Assembly: GCA_900617105.1 (NCBI GenBank) | Contig: UYFQ01000710.1 | Span: 1-64,000, forward strand | From: Hydrurus foetidus | Taxonomy: Eukaryota | DNA length: 64,000 bases | Direction of reading: 5' to 3' | Part shown: positions 12,395 through 27,079 of the stretch, piece by piece | Layout of the letters: each line of letters opens with the position of its first letter | Position numbering within the stretch: position 1 is the first letter of the stretch | Made by a program: the position numbers and the translations under genes | The notes under the pieces: model-generated | Seen by the model: only the letters and a program-made list of their open reading frames with translations | Database searches by the model: none | What the model was told of the DNA's origin: nothing

Positions 12395-14264
12395 TCTTTT
12401 GAGAGAGTTGAATCGAAAAGCGAAGAATGTGTGACGTTTACTTGGTGTCTTGTAGTCTTGTTGTCGAAGCACAGCCACAGTACTGCATTTGCAAGGTACA
12501 AGGCAAGGATCGCAAAGCACGCGTGTGCCAAAACCAAAACCCAAACGATGTCATAAAGATGTACCGTACGAGGGATTCGATCGTACGTTCAAACTTTTAA
12601 CACGGGTTACACCAAGCATCAACAGGTCAAACTGTTTTTATACCCCCTTGATAACACCTCCTCCATGTTTAATTCTTAACGACAAAATTGATCGTTTCAA
12701 TACCATCGAAAGAGATAATATCAAAAAGTTGACGTTTTTGTTTTTACGAAGATGATGCATTTAGAAGTCGTTCTTCACTAGTTTTGCACTCCTTTCAATC
12801 TATAATGCTATTTGCTATTTGCTATTTGTTCGGTAAGTCTATCGAGCTTGAATGACACGTAGCATTTACTGCTAGCTATGCAGTAAGGTACAATAATAAG
12901 GCAGCTACTGTGGAGAGAGCAAGGGGGGTCACAGCAGAAACAGAAACAGAAACGGAAGTAGGGGACGACTGATATCACACTAAATATGCCAAATGTACTG
13001 CTGTAAGGTGTTGTAAGCTTCCAATTTTTGAGCGCTCTATGCAGGGATCCAGGATCCTCACAAGTGCGTAAGAATGTATATGCCTTAGGTAAGTACGGAT
13101 CCTCATGAGTACGTGCAGATCTGCCTTGAGTATGTACGCGTCTACCCCCAGAGTCCAGGGTCCGGGAAAGGGGACCGGTGCACTCACCACTGTAAGGTGC
13201 GAGCATCCATGTTGCTAGGCATACGTGTGCGTGACATATTGAAGTTGCAGCTGACATGTGCAGCAGTGCCAATACCACTCTACGGTATGATAGGCGGAAT
13301 GCGGCACCTTACACCGCTGACTCCTCCCGATGAACTAGGAGTTATATGAACTAGATGGTTTCGGATGCTGTAAAGGGAGAGCTGAAGAGAAGAGAAGAGA
13401 GTGAGAGATAAAGAGTCAGTGGGAGAGATTTAAGTTACGTCGAATGGAATGGAACATCTCTGGAAAATGCGTTGCGTTACTCGACAAATTGACACAACAT
13501 AAGAAAGTGAAGCAATGAGAGGTGACGCGAGGTGAAAAGCGGATTGACGACAAGAGGAGAGGAGAGGATCGGAGAGATGGGATGGAAGTTATGTCAGGGA
13601 AGCGGCGAGATTCTTACCAATGATGAGATGAGACGCCAATCGATACCATCGCATATGTGTTGTTTCTTAGTCACGCCCTCAACGTACATCGCTGCGACTC
13701 AATGGCTGGATATTGGTTGATGAGCTGACTGGACTGACTCTGGCCCCCTCCCTTTCCCTTACCTCCGCTTCGCTCTCTCTTGCACTCAAAGAGTGTAGTG
13801 TAATGCGATGCTGCCCTGTGCTGTACTCTGCTGCAGCAGAGTGCGTGAGCGGCAACTATGTTACATGGCATACGGATGCGCTGACTGTGACATCAGTCAG
13901 TTAGTAAATGAGAGGAGCACAGTGGAACGCAACTGACCAATCACACGATCCACGGACTAATCTGACCTGGTGAAGAGAGGTGCTGAGTGATCTAGAGGAG
14001 AGCAGACATCTCTGTGAGGTTATTGTCAGCACAGTCACTTTCATCCCATCCCGTGTGATGCCATGCCACGTCATGTGACGTCATATCATGCTATTTGATT
14101 TTATGTTACATCATGCCACTCCATGCCACGTCACTCAACGTCATTCACCATCATTCCCTTCCATCCCATCCTATGTCATCTTGCTCCATCACATACCATA
14201 CCATGTAATTCCGTGTAAGCAAGTCTGCCACAACCTACACTTCACCCCCGTCACTCTCTCCTAT

Positions 14265-17200
14265 TCAGACGTTCAGCACTTCCACGAGATGCGTAACTGC
14301 CGCTACACTTTCCTGCGAGTATCCGAGCTTAATCAATATCTCCACCAAGCTGCCTGCAACCTTTCTGAACTGACTGTGCCTCGATCTTAAGTCAGACGTG
14401 GAGAGAGGGGTAGGGGTGAAGGTGGGGGTGATGGAAGATGAGGACAAGAGGGAAGAGGAGGATGAGAGGGAGGAGGTCAGGGAGGTAACAGGGGAGGCAG
14501 GGGTAGTGGCAGCTGTGCGGATTTCTTCTAGCAGATGTAGTGCGCTCAAGACTAGAGGTGACACCGCACCACCTTCCTCTTCTCCTCTCCCTTCTTCTCT
14601 CTCTACATTCTCTATATCCCCTTTTCTCTCCTCTTTCCCGCTCACTCCATCAGATGAATTCAGTTCAAACAACACACCAACAGTCGTCACTACTGTACTG
14701 CTGTCTACACCTCCCTCTCGCATCATTCGGCTAGCAGACAACACATCATCCACTGCAGGAGTGAGCATACTCGCGAACAAAAAGGCGTAGAAAGATGAGT
14801 CGCACATGTAACCTCTCCGATGCAGCACCCCACATACAGCCCTTGCCTCTTTCTGTTTTCCTTCTGATAATAATCTCTTTGCAAGCAACTCACATACGTC
14901 ATCATAGGCTTGTCCCCCCCTCTCTGTGATAGCACTCAGGATGAAGAGAGAATGAGAGGAGGCGTTGAGATTGTGTTGAGATAGGAGGGACAGAAAGGAC
15001 AGTATCAGGTTTGACGCTAGTCGGTCAGAGAGGTGTAGACCGAGAGAGGGTAACTGTTGCACCATACTCAGAGTCTCCGTATAGGCAGTCTCGATCTCCT
15101 CCTCTCTTAGTTTGACACCTGCCACCTGCTCTGCATGGCTGTGAGTAGTTACCTTTCTCCTCTCCCCCTCTGTCATCCAATACTCCCTCTCTACCCCTTG
15201 TATTTCCTCTCCCTCAAAGTCTCCATTGAGAGTACCCTGGACCCTCTCATCCCCACTCTGTAAGCACCTTAATTGACTCAACATTCCGAGCTCTATGATG
15301 TCAGCGTATATGTTGTTCTTCTTCTCTTCTTGAAGTACGTCATCATGTGCGTTATCAGGCATGTTTTTGTTTGAGTTTTTATTGAGGGATTCGTACGTGC
15401 GCTGCAATCGTGTGAAGATTAATGGTCTGCGTATGTATATTGCGTGGAGCAGTTAAGAGGATGTTATGATGTGATGTGATGTGATGTGATATGTTATGAT
15501 ATGATGTGATGTGATGCATTGAGATATGATGTGACATGAAATGATGTGATGTGATTTTGTGTAACACGTTGTGATGTGATGTGACATAATGTGATGTGAC
15601 GCAATAGGATGTGGCATGTTATGAGTAAGACCTCGAGATCAAGACGAAATGACGTGTGGGTATGAAGAGACAATGAGATCCATTTGTATATGGCGTTGCA
15701 CATTACTATAGCAACTCAAAGAAAAAATCTTAGAGAGGTATTTCACTACATGAATAGAAAACAAGTCTGTCAATCAATAAGGGCAGCAGATAATTACTAC
15801 ATGAGCAGAATAGTTCCTGTTCAGTATGGGCCCTATAGTAAATAGGAACCATTTTATTCTGCTCCCGTAACACCCAGAGTAAAGCACACAGAAGGTAGTA
15901 AGAGCAACAGCAAGCAAAGCAAAAGAAAGCACAGGAAAGCAATTCAAAAGAAACTAACAACAAAAAAAACGGCAGAGGAATGAACAAAATGGCAATTGCT
16001 TACTTTAGTAATTTGAAAACTCTTCTCACGTTATTCCAGGTGATGGCAGCATTTGAGGGGTACCCTGGATCCGTGATTCTCGACTCTTTGGAGATGACGC
16101 TCTTTATGGTGTCAAGAATCCTCTGCAGTACGTGAGAGGAAGAGGGGGAGAGAAAGAGGGAGGGAGGGAGGGAGGGAGGGAGGGAGTGGGTGTGGGACAT
16201 GAGGTGGTGAGTGAATGAGAGGAAGTGTGCACATACGTACACACACACATACGTACGCACACTCACTCACTTACCTGCCATTGCAAATCACCGTCAGCAC
16301 CGTCCAAATATTCCGTAAGACCACCCTTTACGGCCATCTGCTCCATCACAACTGCAGCTGTCTGTGTGTCTCCCCTCAATGCGCTTAAGTGCAACAAAGA
16401 GGTGCAGAGGAGGTGTACGTTCTCAAAGGAAGCGTACATTCTATCGGCTTGCTCTTGATTTTTTGTCGAGAACAACTCTGACACTGCCCCCTCAATGGAT
16501 GCTGCGTGAGCATCATCGACTTTTTTCCTTCTAATGCCATCAGAGCGTGCGGATTTCTTTTGTTGTGTACCCTCCATCTCCTCTCCAAATGTTGCTTGCA
16601 CTTGTGCTAGCTTCTCTTCCGACTGACGGATGAGAGATTGGACAGTTGACAGGAGACTTGACGCTAGTTCTCTGCACACAACAATATCCACACTGAGCTG
16701 CTCGTCCTCATGTTTAATCATATTACCACTCATTTCCTTCTTCCCATAGGATAGAGACTCATCGGTGAGGTAGTTATCGACTTGACGGAAAGGCGTACCA
16801 TATCCCCCGGACTTCTTCCAACTCTTCTTCGAACCCGTGACCCTCAGGCCTATGCTGTCCTTTGTCCGCCCTCCACCCACACCAGATGAAACGGACGGAC
16901 TGGGACTGTCTTTAGGTCGGATAGGAGAGGACCTTGTACCCAGATTCTGCACGTCTGAGAGGAATTTGAGCAAATTTTCCTTTGACTCTGGATCGATCCA
17001 TTTCGAAGAAATACTGTCTGTTCCTTTGGGCACACTTCCACTCACACCTGAACCAACAGCAATACTAACACCTGGTGCTGATGCCGATGCTGCTGCTGCT
17101 AATGGTGATAGTGGTGGTGACGTCCTATCGATGGAGCCAATCAATGTCCCCTCTGCTGTTCGAGCATCTGATACTGCAGCTGTGTAGTCTGAGTGTTCCC

Positions 17201-20200
17201 GTGTGCGTATGCCGCTGTACGGTTGATCAATGGTACCAGCCCTTGGGATAGGTGAGGTCGATGTGTAGCTGTCCGTGCCGTACTCCCCATCTGGCTGCAC
17301 TGTGATGTCACTGCTGTCGGTGAGGTTGTATAGTGTGAGCAGAGCTAACAGACCAGACGAGGCATCATCAACAGACACGGACACTGATGAAGACGCGGAG
17401 CTCTTCACAGCAGTGCCGATGCGACCATTACTATTCCCGCTGCTTGCTGAGTAACTGCTACTTGAAGTCGATGCCAGGAAGTCTTCCGGATTCTTCCCTA
17501 CCTCCCTCTGCTTGACAGCCCTTGCAACCATCATTCGAAATGACTTCTGGGACTGCCTCTCCTCCTCCTCCTCTCCCTCTCCTCCACCTACATCTCCTTC
17601 TCCACTTCCATCGGCATGCATAGCTAGTAGAGCCCTGGCAGTGGAGCTCTTGATGGGACTAAGTGGGACTGACAAGTCCTCTCTTCTGGTCAGCACTGCC
17701 ATGCATTCTTTCTTCCGCTCCGTGCTGCGCCTTACTCCACACAATCCGTCTTTTTCTCTTTCTTTTTCCTTTGTTTTATCTCCCACACTTGATCCGCTTA
17801 CGACCATCCCTCCATCAATTTCCACTTCTTCTCCACCATCTCTTTTCTCTTCCCCTTGTCCTTTCTCTCCTTCTTCGCCTTCTCCTTCATCCCTGACAGT
17901 TGCTAAAGCAAGTAACAACTCGTCATACGGCCATTGAATAGGATGAACACTCTGCAGAAGAACTCTCGCATCCGCTACCCGCCCTTGTTCCAAGAGCGTA
18001 ACGCACAGTCCACGCAGTACGGACATCTTTATGGACAGGTACAGCTCGGATTCTCCTTTTCTAGGACGTAGTCTGGGGGTGTATGAAGACTCTGCGTTGT
18101 CCTCCCCTGTCGGTGTTGCGCTTAGTTTGGCTAGGAGAGGTAGGAGGGTGGGTAGGCAGCGCAAGGAGGGAGTGTTGCAGTAGCGTATGAGCAGTTCCTT
18201 CACTCGCATGGGGGGGAGCATCGCACCCCTCTGAATTGCATCTCTCGCCCATGACACCGCCCCTATCCCGTCCCCTGCCCCCATGTAAGCGTCTATCAGC
18301 TCGAAGAGGGCAGTGCTGTAGTGCACTAGTTCTGTGTGCTCTGTAAGCATCTCCGACCAGAACACCTTCAGAACATCTCTGTTATGTGCCATTCCCTCTG
18401 CTGCGATGGAGGAAAGTAACCGTGTCTCCCGGTATGTTACGGCTGCTGCGGCTGACCGTGTCCTCGCTGACTCCCCCCTGGCCTCCTCTCCCCAATTGTC
18501 TTCCTCCCCTTGACTCACCAGGGGTGACCCTGTTGCTTTTCTGTTGAAGAAGTTGATCTTGCTCTTGACTATATCAACTCCCTCCAGTGCCCCTACCTTC
18601 AATACTTTAGCAGCTTTCAACAGAGCAAAGGAGATCTTCGTGAGGGATATACCAAGCTGTCTCCTAGTACGCTGAATATCTCCATCTTTATCCCCATCAG
18701 TGTCTATGTTGGTGTTAGCCCCTGTAACTCCCATCCATCCGATAGAATAATACTGCTTGCAAAACTCAAAACTTCTCTTTTTTGAAATCGAATCTTCTTC
18801 ATTATCACACATTTTTCCTCCCTCCTTCTCTACCTCTTTCTCTACCTCCCTTTCTACGTACATCTCTCTCACAGCAATCGCACAGCGTAGTCCAATGGCA
18901 GCAGCTAGAGTTGCGGAATCTGGAATACAAGGTCCACGGGTGGGTGGGCGTGAGGGAGTGGAAGTGGAGGAGGGGAGGAGGTCTTTGTACTGTAACAGTG
19001 CATCGTTGATGGTGGATGGAGCTGGTGTCACTGGGACAGATGTGTCAGTGGTAGCAGTGAGAAGAGAGCTAGTGTACGCGGAGAGGGATGCTATCAAGTG
19101 TACGTCAAAGACCTGTGGAGATAGTATACTACAATAGTCAGTCGGAGTGGAGAGGTAACGGAGTAGGAGTGTGGTGTAGTGTAGTCAGTTGTAGTGTAGT
19201 GCAAGGTAAGGTAGTGGAGTGCAGTGTAAGATAGCGTAGTGTGTGGTAGAAACGTACAGTAATATGTAGTGCAGTAATGTGATGTGTATGCAGAGTTGTG
19301 TGTGGTGGAGATAGATGAATCAAAATCTGAGAGCAACGCGATTCAATAGCTAATAGCAGCGGGCCATGTGAATATTACTATGCTGTGCTGTGCTGTGCTG
19401 TGAAGACCAGATGGGATAGGATGACGAAACAGCTCAAGTAGTGAAACACTATTAGAATTATGGACAATGTTCCGTCATGTCATTTCATGTCATCGAAATG
19501 AATTTATTCTGTACTGTGCAGTACTTACATCAAGTACTGCGCGTGCTGTGCTCAGTTTATTAATGTCTGACAACTCGAGACTGTTTAACGCGATACCGAC
19601 ACTAGTAGCAGTCCTCTTACTCCCATTAGAGTTATCTCTCCCACTCCCACTAACAATACCACTCCCACTGACAATACCACTGCCGCTATTGAGGAGGTGC
19701 AGGGAGGCCTTCAAGAGGATCTTTGGCCGGTCGGACCCGGCTATCATAAGGGCCCCTACAAGTGAGGGGAGATGAGCAGCAGGCGCACTGGAGAGATACA
19801 AAGCAAGACGCAGCAAGGAGGAGTACCCGTGTATGCAACCCTTCACCTCCCTCTCCCTCTCCCTCTCAGTGGAGCCATCACTGCGTGTAGTGTGTAGTGC
19901 GTCACCGGTAGCATCATCCCATACATATCCCTTTGGGGTATGTCGATGAGAGCCCCCGAGGGATATTTCTGCACCCAGTATCAAACCGTCCAAATCGGCT
20001 AAATCAGCCGCTACTTCACGGCTCATTCCCGCCCTCAAAATTTCACGCGTTATGCCGCATAGAACGTATCTGGGGGCTTCTTCGAGTAGACTGGTATCTT
20101 GCAGCACGCCGGATGCTTGCACATCAGATAGAACAGAGAGTATGTTCGTCACAGTGTCTCTGATTGACAAGCTGTCAGTACGAGAGAGTGTGTTGACTGC

Positions 20201-23200
20201 CGTATCACTCTCATTCATGTTTGCGTGTATCGTGCTGATAGCAACTGCGATGGCGTCCTGGCATACCTTACAGAGTACAATAGGTGGATGAAAGGAGAAG
20301 AGGAAAGGTGAGGAGGAGATGGATGAAAGGAGAGGAAAGGAAGATAAAAGCAAGCAGGGAATCGATGATGGGAAATAATGCACATGGAAATGTGAAATAA
20401 ATTGCTAGGACACAGCAGTGCAGCGCAGTGAATAGCACAGTGGAATATTACGGAACATCTATTTTGCACGACAGACTTCATTGAAATAAGTGACGTGAGT
20501 ACATGAAGAGGAGAAAAAAATGTAGAAGTAGAAGAAGAAAAGTAGAAGAAGAAGAAGAGAAGAAGAAGAAGAGGAGGAGGAGAAGAAGAAGAGAAAAAGA
20601 AGAAGAAGAGAAGAAGAAGAGAAAAAGAAGAAGAGGAGGAATAGAAGAAGAAGAAGAAGAGAAGAAGAGAAAGAGAAGAAGAAGAGAAGAAGAAGAAATA
20701 GAAGAAGAGAAAAAGAAGAAAAGACTCTATACCTGTAAACCCCTAGGGAGCTTTACAGTATCTCTCCCTCCCTCCCCCCCTCCCTCCCTCTCATTCCTTG
20801 AGAGCTCTCTTGTCCGCCTACACTTGCACCTGTGACAACTTCTTCGTCTCCCACCCCCATAATGCCCCCTCCCCGTTCCCCTTCATTTTCCCGTTCCCTT
20901 TCGCTTCCGTCACTGTGAGCGCTGAAAGAGAAGAGTATCACATCTGCTAGAATTTGTCTATCATAACACATGTCAAGACGCGCTTCTACCATACAGTCCC
21001 ACAAAGACATAGCAGCCAGAGTGATATCCTTAGACACCTTCTCTTCATCCTCTTGATCCCCTTTCCCCTCCCCTTTTGACTGCGCTTTCCTTTTGATGAC
21101 ACGTGCGGGTGTTGCTCTCCTAGAAAAAGAAGTGGACGAAAAGATAGAGAAAGAAGAGGAGGAAGAAGCAGAAGGCGAAGAAGACGAAGAAGAAGGAGAG
21201 GGGTGGACAAGAAGTTGAGAAGCGAGGAGAGAAAGATAAACTATGGACGGGGCAAATAGAAGGAGAGTCCAGCAGACACACATGCATACAGATACATGGC
21301 ATACATGGTATTCTACTTTGATAATGCTGTTCTGACAATCATCTATTTCCAGAACATATGCAGAGAGCACAAAAGAGAAGAGAACAGAGGAGAAAAGAAC
21401 AGTAGAGAGGTTAAGAGAAGAGAAGAGAAGAATTTTATAGGAGTGCTTTAGACTTCATAGGAGAACATAAAAAAAGAATGTAGAACAAAGAAAAGAAGGG
21501 AGAACATGAGCAAAAAAGAGAAAAAAAGATTGCAGTGGAGGTAACACCTGAAGAGGCTTGACAGCACGTACTGATGTACAGCTTCACCGTTACGGATTCG
21601 TGCTATAACCTCACTATACGCACACAGCGGATCAGCGACCTGTGTCTTTCCTACCTGAACTGGATCTGTTGCAATTCCTAGAGCCTTGTAGAAAAAGAAG
21701 TTGAACAGTTAACAAGTGAGAGAAAACACTTCATGATATGGGACAACGTGCAGCGGAGTATATTGGAGAAAAGTACACAGTGCAACTTAGAATACTTTAG
21801 TACAGATTGCTGTGAATTCTGTATTAGTTGCTGCAGTGCATCGCAGCTCAGGGTTGTTACTGTATTTCTTCATGTCGGTCTACTGACGGGTATCGAACAG
21901 TGTTAGTACATCACTGCTACCGTGAGCACTGAACTGTGCTGCGCCTTATTGTATTGTAAGTTAAATGCATTACACAGCATTGTGCGATGTTTTACTGCAT
22001 TGCACTTTATTGTATCGATACACTGCATTGCTCTGTACTGCACATTATTGCACTGCATTGCACTACACTTCACGGCATTATCTGTAAGAGTTCAAGGACC
22101 CGCTCACCTCTCCCAGCAGATCATCGCTCGGACACCATCTAACTCCGGATAAGCTATCTGGTCCATAAGATGACCTTGGACCCATAGATTCTACACGGTT
22201 ATAAAGATTGGAGGATGCAGCTAGTGGAGCTGGAGTATTCTCCAGTGTATTTCCTTGTCCATCGTTAGTACCTGCGCTCTCAAGAAGAGGTGTGACTGGT
22301 GTCCTCTTCGTATCTTCGATGGATTGGAGTATAGCACTCATGTGCTGCTGCTGTCCTACTGGTCTCAACGACAAGGCAAGCACACACAGTGCATGGTCAA
22401 TCGCTGAGCAGTCTGATGCTGCCATAGAGGATGATGCTCCATTGATAAGACGCGGCAGTTCCATTTGCAAATTAGAGCACTGCTGAGCTATCTGATTTAC
22501 CACGTCTTGCTGAGCTATCCGATCATCTCTCAGCATGCAAGCAGTGGTGAGAATCAGTCGCACTGCTCTGCGCACCAGCATTTTATCATCTTCATCTACC
22601 TCACTATTTTGATGACTGCTGTCTTTCTGCATGTAATCATGTTTAGCAGCTGATGTTCCCACTGCCCAAGAGTTGCCATCTGATGCGAATTCAGAAGAAT
22701 AGCTGTCAGTTATGGCGTCATGTAGCTGTGTCGCAGAACATCCACTGCTGAACAGCTGACGCACCAGTTCCAGAGTCACGCTGCGAGGAAGAGAGAGCTG
22801 TAGCTGAGATGACTCATACTGAGAAGTCGCATCGCTACTAATGGCGGAGCTCTCTTCTGTCAGCATAATATTGATCATATTTGCAGCGCCCTCTATACTC
22901 CTTATCTTGCTATCTCTCGATAGCTTTAAATACTCTAAAGCGACCTGAACATGTTTGGGCGAAGCGGTGATAACAAGTAGGGAGATGTGAAGAAGTGCAT
23001 TGTTGACTAAAAGGGCCACCAAAGGCTGTAATAAAGCGATGTCTAAGGCTGTCTGATGCTGCACATTCTTGAGGTCGAGATGTGCCTTCTTAGACCGCTG
23101 CTGTTCTGATGGCATTCCGTCTGTTACTGCTGACCCCCCTAACTTCTCCTGCTGCTCCTGCTGCAGGTGCTGCTCCAATAGCTTCTCCAGTAACTTGGTG

Positions 23201-24021
23201 GAGAAATCCATGACAGAAGGTGTCACGAGGTGATTGTCACTAATAAATCCCATTGCAGTGACAGTTTCTCCCCAGTTTTCAATTTCTGCGAATGCACGTG
23301 CACCATACTCATGAATGCGGTCAATAGCTGCCCGAGAAGAAGTCGACCTCCCATCAATACCTGACACCATTCCGAAATTGCAAGTGTCGTGATCTATTTC
23401 CAGCATGTTGTTATACAAAGTTGCCGCTTCCAGTGCTCTCTTTTTCGACTCCCATTTAATCAGTACGATGTCGCTGCTATCATCGACCTCCATAAAAAGT
23501 TGGAGGAGATCAGCTGCAACTTCTGCATCTAAGTCACTCCGTCCATCGTACTTCAAAAGGAGATGCCGCAGATGAGAGGATGCTTCAACTCTATGTCTGT
23601 GCTGAACGAGAGCGGAGAAGAGAGTGCAACTTATCAGTCTAAAACTTTCTGTTGATACGCTGACCTCCAATCGCTTAGTTGCTCTCATTGCAGCATCCGG
23701 TCCTTCACATTCGACAACTTTGGAAAGCAGCTTCAGACAAAGATTGTACTTCGGTCGCGCATTCTCAGTTAAGTATTGATTGAGGAGTCCGCTAAAGGGC
23801 ATGCCATCGGGAGCTAAGTTCGAAGCAAACGGATTTAACGACACTGCACCACTGGAGTGCAATTTGCTATGTCTCCGCTCACAAGCTACTCTATGCTGTG
23901 TCGAGATGTGGTTCTTAGGAGTGGAATACCTCAAACTGACTATCTCTAGCACACTGAAAGGAATCCCACATCTGGAACATAAAAGCACAATGAATAAAGT
24001 GGCAATTGATGGTTTCAACAT
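14265..24021 (-). CDS. Very large multi-exon alpha-helical protein with degenerate PPR-like repeats and low-complexity inserts; possibly plastid-targeted
   Basis: Long co-oriented exons (24021-~22108, ~20270-19527, ~19110-16274, ~15405-14265) separated by microsatellite introns. PPR-like segments ALFELIDAYMGAGDGIGAVSWARDAIQRG, LCTSLLHLSALRGDTQTAAVVMEQM, CELLAKRLLSEGKQKEARAVCGVLHRRG. Signal-peptide-like N-terminus MLKPSIATLFIVLLC. The 3' end is uncertain; further exons may lie at 13.0-14.2 kb. Confidence 0.65.
20505..20722. repeat. Intronic purine tract / degenerate (GAA)n microsatellite
   Basis: ~220 bp almost entirely A/G, in gaa units. Confidence 0.9.
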
Positions 24022-25264
24022 GGTTGCGCAGCTGAAAATGAAGTTCTTGCCAAATCTCTGCAGGAGAAATGCTGCTGTAAAGTGGAGATATCCTGAATCT
24101 TCAAATTCCTCTGTAATCTTCAGACACTGCCTTATCACTTGTCACTTGTCACTGCCATACGGTAGATCAAGTGTCGTGTGGGTCGTGGGCTGTGCTGTTG
24201 CACGCTACACAGTACGCACGCACACACGTACAAATAAAAACCACGTATGTACTGAACATATTATTATGTATCGTAAGGACGCTTAGCGCTCAGCAATGTA
24301 ATCCAAGTCCGCACATAATTGTGATCGTACTATCAAGTGTCCAGTTTGGAAATCACTGGGAAAAGTGACATCCCGAGACACATTAAATGAGAATCAACAA
24401 AGCCAAACCCTATTTTTTTCTCATTTCTCTATATCAGATTGCATTCTGAAATTTACTGTATTATTCATAGTATCGTGGAGAAAGAGCTATGTTTCATGTG
24501 ATGTAGAGTCTATGAGGTAAATTGCTCGTACTCGAAACGCTGGAGACGATTCTAATTTGAGATAAACCAAAATCCAACACAGTAAATCTAGAGTTGAAGT
24601 ACTACAGTCCCCCAAACTGGGATCGGTTGATCACAAGATATCACTTTTACAATTGCCACCTCGAAAAATCTTAACAATTAAATACGAAGACCTCATCGAG
24701 AACAAAAGAAAGACTACTTTTAACGGTCCGTAAACATTTTGCTTTAATGAAAATCACTAATAATTCCGAAATCATCAAAAGTAAATTGTATTCTGCGACA
24801 AGTATACTTTACTTTTAAAAAGTGTAGGTCAGCAAGTGCAAGGTGCGAGGTGCACATTTGTGCAACTGCCCGAAAAGCACCCGAAAATCGTTTTTTGGTA
24901 CAAGTTTTTGACAGAAAATTCGCCGAGTTTTATCAGAGTCACATCAGTCATCAGTCACATCGGTAGTTCAGAAAATATTTGCATTGAGTTTTAATTGAAT
25001 GCTGCAAATAAGCTGTATGACGCCCTGAAATTCGTTGATCACCTTCACATCACGGAGCGTCAACTCCTTCAACTACGAGGTGGCAGGAATTATTTTTTAT
25101 TGGCTGTCACCGTCGTTGAGGAGGTAGAGGGGAGAGAATCTCCTAAGATTGTATCCGATGAGAGTTCAGGTGGACTTTTAGTTGAGGACTCTTTTTTGGC
25201 AGAAAAACAAGAGGATCAGATTAGTCCCTCCGACTTTTAATTAGCACACCGTGAGTCATTGAAG

Positions 25265-27079
25265 ATGTTGTCATGGATGTCAGGATTGAAAAGTGAATCT
25301 GAGGAAACTGCTAACAGAGTATCATCTCTATGTGGTTACCTGTGGAAAATGAAGAGAAGTCACCAGAAAATGATATTGGTGCCTCAGTGGAATAAACGTT
25401 GGTTCAGCATTGAGGGGCGTCTCCTCAAATGGTATGCTGTGGCTTCTTCCGATAACTCATCTGGAATGGTCGATCTGCGATTTATTACCAACGTCGCTGT
25501 TTTCGAGGCGCAGGGTGTTTACAGTTTTATTCTGTCGTACCCCGATCGAAACATACTCTTACGTGCTGCCAATTCGTCTGATATGAGCAAATGGATACGG
25601 GCTCTACAGTTCCAAGCTGACGTCGCCAGAGGTGGCTGCGGCATGACTATCGTGACCGCTAGCAACACATCTGGCTCCAACCCCCAAGGGAAGGGTAGAG
25701 CGCTCAAGGAAAAATATCGTCCTCCAACATTGGAGGCCAATTTGGAGGCGACAATGGTCCGCCTGCAAATTTTGGAAAGCACTGTACTGAAGTCCCAAGG
25801 CAAAAGTAAAGGTGTGGAAACCGGCAAAAACACCGCTTTGCGACCAGATGACGTGAAGCTCGTGGATGAAGGCAAAGAGAAGATCGCAGACAAGGGGAGA
25901 GAGACTCCCGATTTCGAAGTTGAAGGTGAATGCGAAGGGTCTCCCGGTAGGGCAGTCAAAGGGCAGCCGACTTACAATGCGGAGCACGACTACAATCTAG
26001 AGGCTAGAAGAAAAGCTGCTGATATAATCTTGAAGGGAAAGAACATGAGGAAAAATGCCTCCAGTAATATAGAGGTAGAGGTAAAGGCGGACAGGAACTC
26101 ACCGCGTAGGAATGGCAATTCATCTGCGAGAGAGAAGAGTGAGGAGCGCAGCGAGAGGAAGAAGAACACGGACAGTGCTGACACTTCTCCCCTAAGGAGC
26201 CTCAAAGTAAACAGAACAGAGATGCGGGATGTACGAGAAAGAAGGGACAGTGACGAGGAGAGGCGGACCCAATCCAGAGAGAACGGGAGGGGCCGCGGTC
26301 GAGATAGTGACCAGAACAGGGATAGGGACCAGAACAGGGATAGGAATAGGGATAGGGAGTATAGTAGAGGTAGGGAGAACAAGATCAGCGAAGACCACGA
26401 CTACATGGAAGAGACCATGCCGCTCCCTAGATGTCGCCCTCAGCTTCGCACACGAGGAGAAGGAAGAGGAGGGGGTCAAGATGAGTCCATGATGATGAGC
26501 AGTAGCAGCAGTAGCTCGAGGAGTCTTGGGAGCAAGATCAACTGCACTCGCAATCAAATGCCTCCACCTGTACGTCATGGCAACTGGGGATATGAGGATC
26601 AAGAGGGATACAAGGACAACAGTGACTTCGAAGGGGGCGTGTCTAGGAGGCAGTATAGAGCACTCACCCTTGCAGCAGGCAGGGCTGTTTATCCGGATAA
26701 AGATAAATGTAGAGACAGGGAGAGGGAGATAGACAGAGGGGGATATGGGCTGCGTAAAAATAACTCCAGTACCAGAGGTAGTGACTTCGGTAGCTCAGGT
26801 TATGTGTCCCGCATGAGCTCTCATGATGACCTGGACACGAGTGAGTTCGACGATCTCCCCGAGATGGACATGACAGTAAGGAGACCACATCACAGGGTTG
26901 TCAGAGAGAGGGAGAGAGAAAGGGAGAGAATGATGGTGAAAGACCGTGATCGCTGTGGGGAGGAAGTGCACAGAGATTCAGATCATCGCAACGGGTGTTA
27001 TGCAGGTGACGAAAGAGAGCAGGACAGGAACAGGGAGAGGGAGCAGGGTCCGAATGGATGTGGAAATGGGTGGGTGTAA
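25265..27079 (+). CDS. PH-domain protein with a long charged, disordered C-terminus
   Basis: LCGYLWKMKR...QWNKRWFSIEGRLLKWY...GMVDL...LLRAANSSDMSKWIRALQ is a canonical PH pattern. Single 604-aa ORF. Confidence 0.85.
   Translation: MLSWMSGLKSESEETANRVSSLCGYLWKMKRSHQKMILVPQWNKRWFSIEGRLLKWYAVASSDNSSGMVDLRFITNVAVFEAQGVYSFILSYPDRNILLRAANSSDMSKWIRALQFQADVARGGCGMTIVTASNTSGSNPQGKGRALKEKYRPPTLEANLEATMVRLQILESTVLKSQGKSKGVETGKNTALRPDDVKLVDEGKEKIADKGRETPDFEVEGECEGSPGRAVKGQPTYNAEHDYNLEARRKAADIILKGKNMRKNASSNIEVEVKADRNSPRRNGNSSAREKSEERSERKKNTDSADTSPLRSLKVNRTEMRDVRERRDSDEERRTQSRENGRGRGRDSDQNRDRDQNRDRNRDREYSRGRENKISEDHDYMEETMPLPRCRPQLRTRGEGRGGGQDESMMMSSSSSSSRSLGSKINCTRNQMPPPVRHGNWGYEDQEGYKDNSDFEGGVSRRQYRALTLAAGRAVYPDKDKCRDREREIDRGGYGLRKNNSSTRGSDFGSSGYVSRMSSHDDLDTSEFDDLPEMDMTVRRPHHRVVRERERERERMMVKDRDRCGEEVHRDSDHRNGCYAGDEREQDRNREREQGPNGCGNGWV

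Noticed and set aside
20503..20835. 110-aa K/R/E-rich ORF
   Set aside because: It is the translation of an intronic GAA-type purine tract.
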